This document shows positions 59,870 through 64,000 of a stretch of 64,000 bases of DNA, piece after piece. Origin of the DNA: the human T2T-CHM13v2.0 reference genome, Homo sapiens. A model generated the notes under the pieces. The model had not been told where the DNA came from. It saw only the letters and a list, made by a program, of their open reading frames with translations, and did not search any database. Numbering within the stretch: the stretch's first letter is position 1; every line of letters begins with the position of its first letter. The DNA lies in NCBI RefSeq assembly GCF_009914755.1, contig NC_060926.1. One strand, 5' to 3'. The position numbers and the translations under genes were made by a program.

Positions 59870-60200
59870 ATTATATAGTATAGAATATAGTATATGATGT
59901 ATAATATATAATATAATATATAAATATATTATAAACATAATATAAAGCCCTTTATATTATACATATAATTATATTATAAATATTTATATTATATATAAAT
60001 ATTATAAATAAGTCCTTTATATTATAAATATATTATAAATATAATATAAAGCCCTTTATATTATAAATATAAAGCCCTTTATATTTTAAATATTATATTA
60101 TAAATATAATATATAAAAATTTATATATTATAAATATAAATATATTTATATTATAAATATATAAATTTATATCTAACATATTATATAAAGCCCTATTTGA
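59870..60200. repeat. AT-rich degenerate minisatellite with a palindromic unit
   Basis: Almost pure A/T tract with recurring TATAAAGCCCTTTATATTAT-like units. Confidence 0.88.
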
Positions 60201-60479
60201 ATATGTTAGAGAGCCAGAAAGTTAGAGATAGTTTTTACAGCCAAGATTTGGAAGAGGGATGTCAAGAAAAGCAAGCTCAATATTTGGCACGACTTCTCCC
60301 CTTAAGTGATTGCCAATTTTAAAAATAGCTAAAGAGTAGCTGGGAGGCTGAATGGGGGCTTTATCCATGCTGTCGGTTTGAGGGTACCTGAACTGGAGAC
60401 CAGAGCCTGCCGAGGACAAGATTGGCAAACAGCACAGGATTTGCACTGGGTGTTGTAAGAGCTATGCCCTTGAAATAAG

Positions 60480-61800
60480 ACAAAATTAGAAGGAGACATG
60501 AACCCCAAGTTTTAATCATCTTAATCCCTAATTTGATTAAGGCTTTTTACCCCTAGCCAGCTACTTGCAAGGGCAAACAGATCTTCTATGAATAAAAATA
60601 ACATTATTAAGAGCTCCAAATTATCTTTAGACATTTTCAAATACAAGGTCCAACCTTAAAGCAAAAATTATTATGCACATAACAATATAGGACTTGACAA
60701 AAACAACAAAAACAGACAATAGACACAAGGACAAGAAATTCAATAGACCAGAGGGCTATAGGAGGAGTGGTTGAGAATATTAAAAAATGGACAAAATGCA
60801 TCCAGCTTCAGATTGAAAGACATAAATGTTATGAGCTGAATATTTGGGACTCTCCAAAATTCATGTGTTGAAACTCTAGCCCCCAATGTAATGGTATTAG
60901 AAGGTGAGGCCCTTTGAGAGGTGATTAGATTTAGATGAGGTCTTGAGGAATTAATTAGTGTCATAAAGTCCTCATAAAGGAATTAGAAAAACACCAGAGC
61001 TTTTTTTTCTCTGCTATATGAGGGCACAGTGAGAGGGTGGCCATCTACGAGCTAGAAGAGAGTGTCACCAGGAACCAAATCTGTGGGGACCTTGACCTTG
61101 GACTTTCCAGACTCTTCAACTGTGAGAACTGAACATCTGTTATTTAGACCACTCAGTCTATGGCATTTTGTTACATCAACCCAAAGTGACCAAAACAATA
61201 AGAAAAAGTCAGATCTAGGTACATCATAATAAGAATAATGAAAACCAAAGACTATGAGAATAAGACATATGACCTTCAAAGAGTAACAATAAAATTGAGA
61301 GCTAACTTCTGTATACAAAGTATGGAAGTCAGAAGCCAGTGAACATGGAATTCTATGTTAAAGTTATGGGATGGGGTAAAGAGAACTGCCAAATAGGAAT
61401 TCTATATCAAACAAGATATCCTTGAGAACAAAGATAAAATAGACATTTTTACCAAACGTGAAAAAGAGAATTTATCATGAGCAGACATGCACTAAAGGAG
61501 ATATTAAAGGAAATACTTTGGGACAAATGAAAATTATGTCTGTTTGAAGTTTAGACATTCAGGAAGGATGAAGAAATGGGAAATAGGCAGGTAACTCTAA
61601 ATAAATAATGACAAGATAAGATAATGTTAATGATAAAAAATGGAGTATTAAAATACACTGAAAAGTGACACAAAAAGTGAGAGACGGTGAACAAAGTTAA
61701 AGTGTTCTGACATTGTTACTTATCAAGAAAGCAATAAAAAGAAAACACCTAATACTTTAATATGTTAAGGGTTCATGTTGTAATATTTAGACTCGCCACT
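60480..61800 (+). mobile_element. Ancient L1M 5'/ORF1 region split by MLT1A
   Basis: CCTAATTTGATTAAGG, CTAGGTACATCATAAT, GACCTTCAAAG, GAAGTCAGAAGCCAGTG and GAATTCTATATC are ORF1-like motifs. Confidence 0.55.
60827..61197 (+). mobile_element. MLT1A-like MaLR solo LTR
   Basis: TGTTATGAGCTGAAT...CAAAATTCATGTGTTGAAAC...CTTGGACTTTCCAG...CAGTCTATGGCATTTTGTTA...ACCAAAACA; TSD ATAAA/ATAAG. Confidence 0.88.
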
Positions 61801-62887
61801 TCAAAAGCCAGGCACCGTTATAAGAGTTTTCACTGCTAGGTAATTTCTGTGGATTTCAGAGCCTGATTGACAGGGCAGCGTTCCCAGGCACCAGAGGCAA
61901 CTAGGGAAGCTTGAGTGTTCAGGACAATGAAGACAATTCACTTATCAATAGCTTATCCTGGACGTCCCCTACTTTGACTAACAACAAATGCCAGCAGTGC
62001 ATCCCAGGCCCTGCCAGATGCAAGCTGCACAGACACAGGAGATTGTCAATGTGAATTTCAACTCCACAGGTGCACCCAAAAGTAGGAATTATCTAGTATT
62101 TAGTGGAAAGTCAAAAGTTCGGGTAAGTAAAAGCAAACTCAACAAACAAAAGAACTTAATCCATACAAACAAAACAAACAAATATGCTCACAACCATAAG
62201 AAAAATAATCATAAGAGAAAATCTACTAGAAATCATAAAAATTTAAATTATGTTTACTAAAAAAAAATATCTCAGATGAAGAGTAGAATAAACACAGCCG
62301 AAAGCAAAGAATGAACCGGATGCCTGCGGAATACACGCTGAACATAGCACGAATGATAGAAATATGAAAAGTATGTAAAGAAACATCATAAAAATGAAAA
62401 TAAACCACAAATTTCAAGGTCCATCTAAAAGAAGATTGAAGAGGAATGAATAGAAAATAATCCCTAATGAAAGAAATACTGATAAAGCGCTCCATATCTG
62501 ACAGTAAGCAAAAAACCAGAAAAGCCTTTCCATGGTAAATCATGCAAAAGTCTTGGATTAAATATAATACAAATAATGTTGAAAAATGCCACCTACTCTT
62601 AAAAAAATGAAAGAAAAGTGCTGAAGTCAAAACCAACCAGGGAACTATGAGGACACTGAAGTTGTGGCTGCCCTCAGCTCATGCATCTTCTGTAATGTGG
62701 ATGTTGGGTTTGAAAGGGCACATAAAAAGGCTTTCAAGTAGTGCAAAATGGAACTTGGGGACTGTGATTCTAGCATCAGTACAGGTCCTGCAAATGGTTT
62801 TGAATGCAGGGAAGGGTGGACTACAGAAATTCTATCTTCTGAAATGAAAAACAAATAAAAAAGCAAATCCATCTCAAAATAGACTGA

Positions 62888-63180
<293 letters not shown>

Positions 63181-63634
63181 TCTGAGCTTTTTCAGTCACG
63201 GGCTTGGAGTGCAAATTTACATTCTTACATGATTGATGTGATGCCACCATAATTGAAGATAACTTAATTTTAAGTAATCCTTGCTTAGTAGCAGTCTGGG
63301 GCAACTAGCCAAAGCAACACAATTTTCCTCTGAGTGGAAGCCAGTCTTCACTGAATTTACAACAAGCATATGTAATCTGAAATTTGTCTTTGTGTCGTGT
63401 ATGTGTGTGTGAGTGTGTGTGTTTTGAAGAAAGTCATCATAAATATACATAAGCAGAAACAACTGCCCAAAATTTCACATAATAGAGTTATCAAAACAGA
63501 ACATAAAACAAGTATGAATAGAATAACCAAAGAAATAAAATAAATGCATTTTTAAAATGAGAAAAAAAAATGATGTCTAAACTATCAGCCAAATACCACT
63601 GCACACCAACCAGAATGGCTCAGATGTTACAGAG

Positions 63635-64000
63635 CAGGGCTTCCCCAACCGCCAGGCCATGGACCAGTGCCAGTCCATGGCCTGTTAGGAACTGGGCCGC
63701 ACAGCAGGAGGTGAGCATGGGCAAGTGAGTAAAGCTTCATTTGTAGTTACAGCTGCTCCCCATCACTTGAATTACCATCTGAGCTCCACCTCCTGTCAGA
63801 TCAGCTGCGGCATTTGATTCTCACAGGAGCGTGAACCCTATTGTGAACTAGGCATGTGAGGGATCCAGGTTGTGCACTCCTTTTGAGAATCTAATGCCTG
63901 AAGATCTGAGGTGGAGCTGAGGCAGTGATGCTAGTGCTGGGGAGCAGCTGCAGATACAGATTAACGTTAGCAGAGAGGTTTGACTGCACAGAGACCATAA
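63635..64000 (+). mobile_element. MER1A hAT-Charlie element, runs off the window end
   Basis: CAGGGCTTCCCCAACC...GGCCTGTTAGGAAC...GAGAATCTAATGCCTG...GCAGAGAGGTTTGACTGCACAGAGACCATAA. Confidence 0.9.

Overview
Primate genomic DNA, most likely human or another hominoid (AluY, AluS/J and L1PA2/3-type elements, strong CpG depletion). It is intergenic or deep-intronic and dominated by interspersed repeats. I find no supportable cellular protein-coding gene, RNA gene, CpG island, CRISPR array or other prokaryotic feature. The long ORFs in the track come from L1 ORF1/ORF2, Tigger1 transposase, Alu or simple repeats. The first ~12 kb is a stack of nested old L1s, Alus and an MSTB LTR. A ~5.3 kb L1PA2/3-like element with a truncated 5' UTR and disabled ORFs lies on the minus strand at ~36.4-41.7 kb. 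The most notable details are: a piggyBac-family MER85 with both TTAA TSDs and an intact internal palindrome (known CSB-PGBD3 target class); a 133-nt GGAA/GGAG microsatellite; three 5'-inverted (twin-primed) L1s; multi-level nested transposons; an AT-rich hairpin minisatellite; and a few non-repeat stretches with enhancer-like or splice-like motifs. I see no evidence for a new biological system. Repeat subfamily names come from recalled consensus sequences, and boundaries of old elements are approximate.
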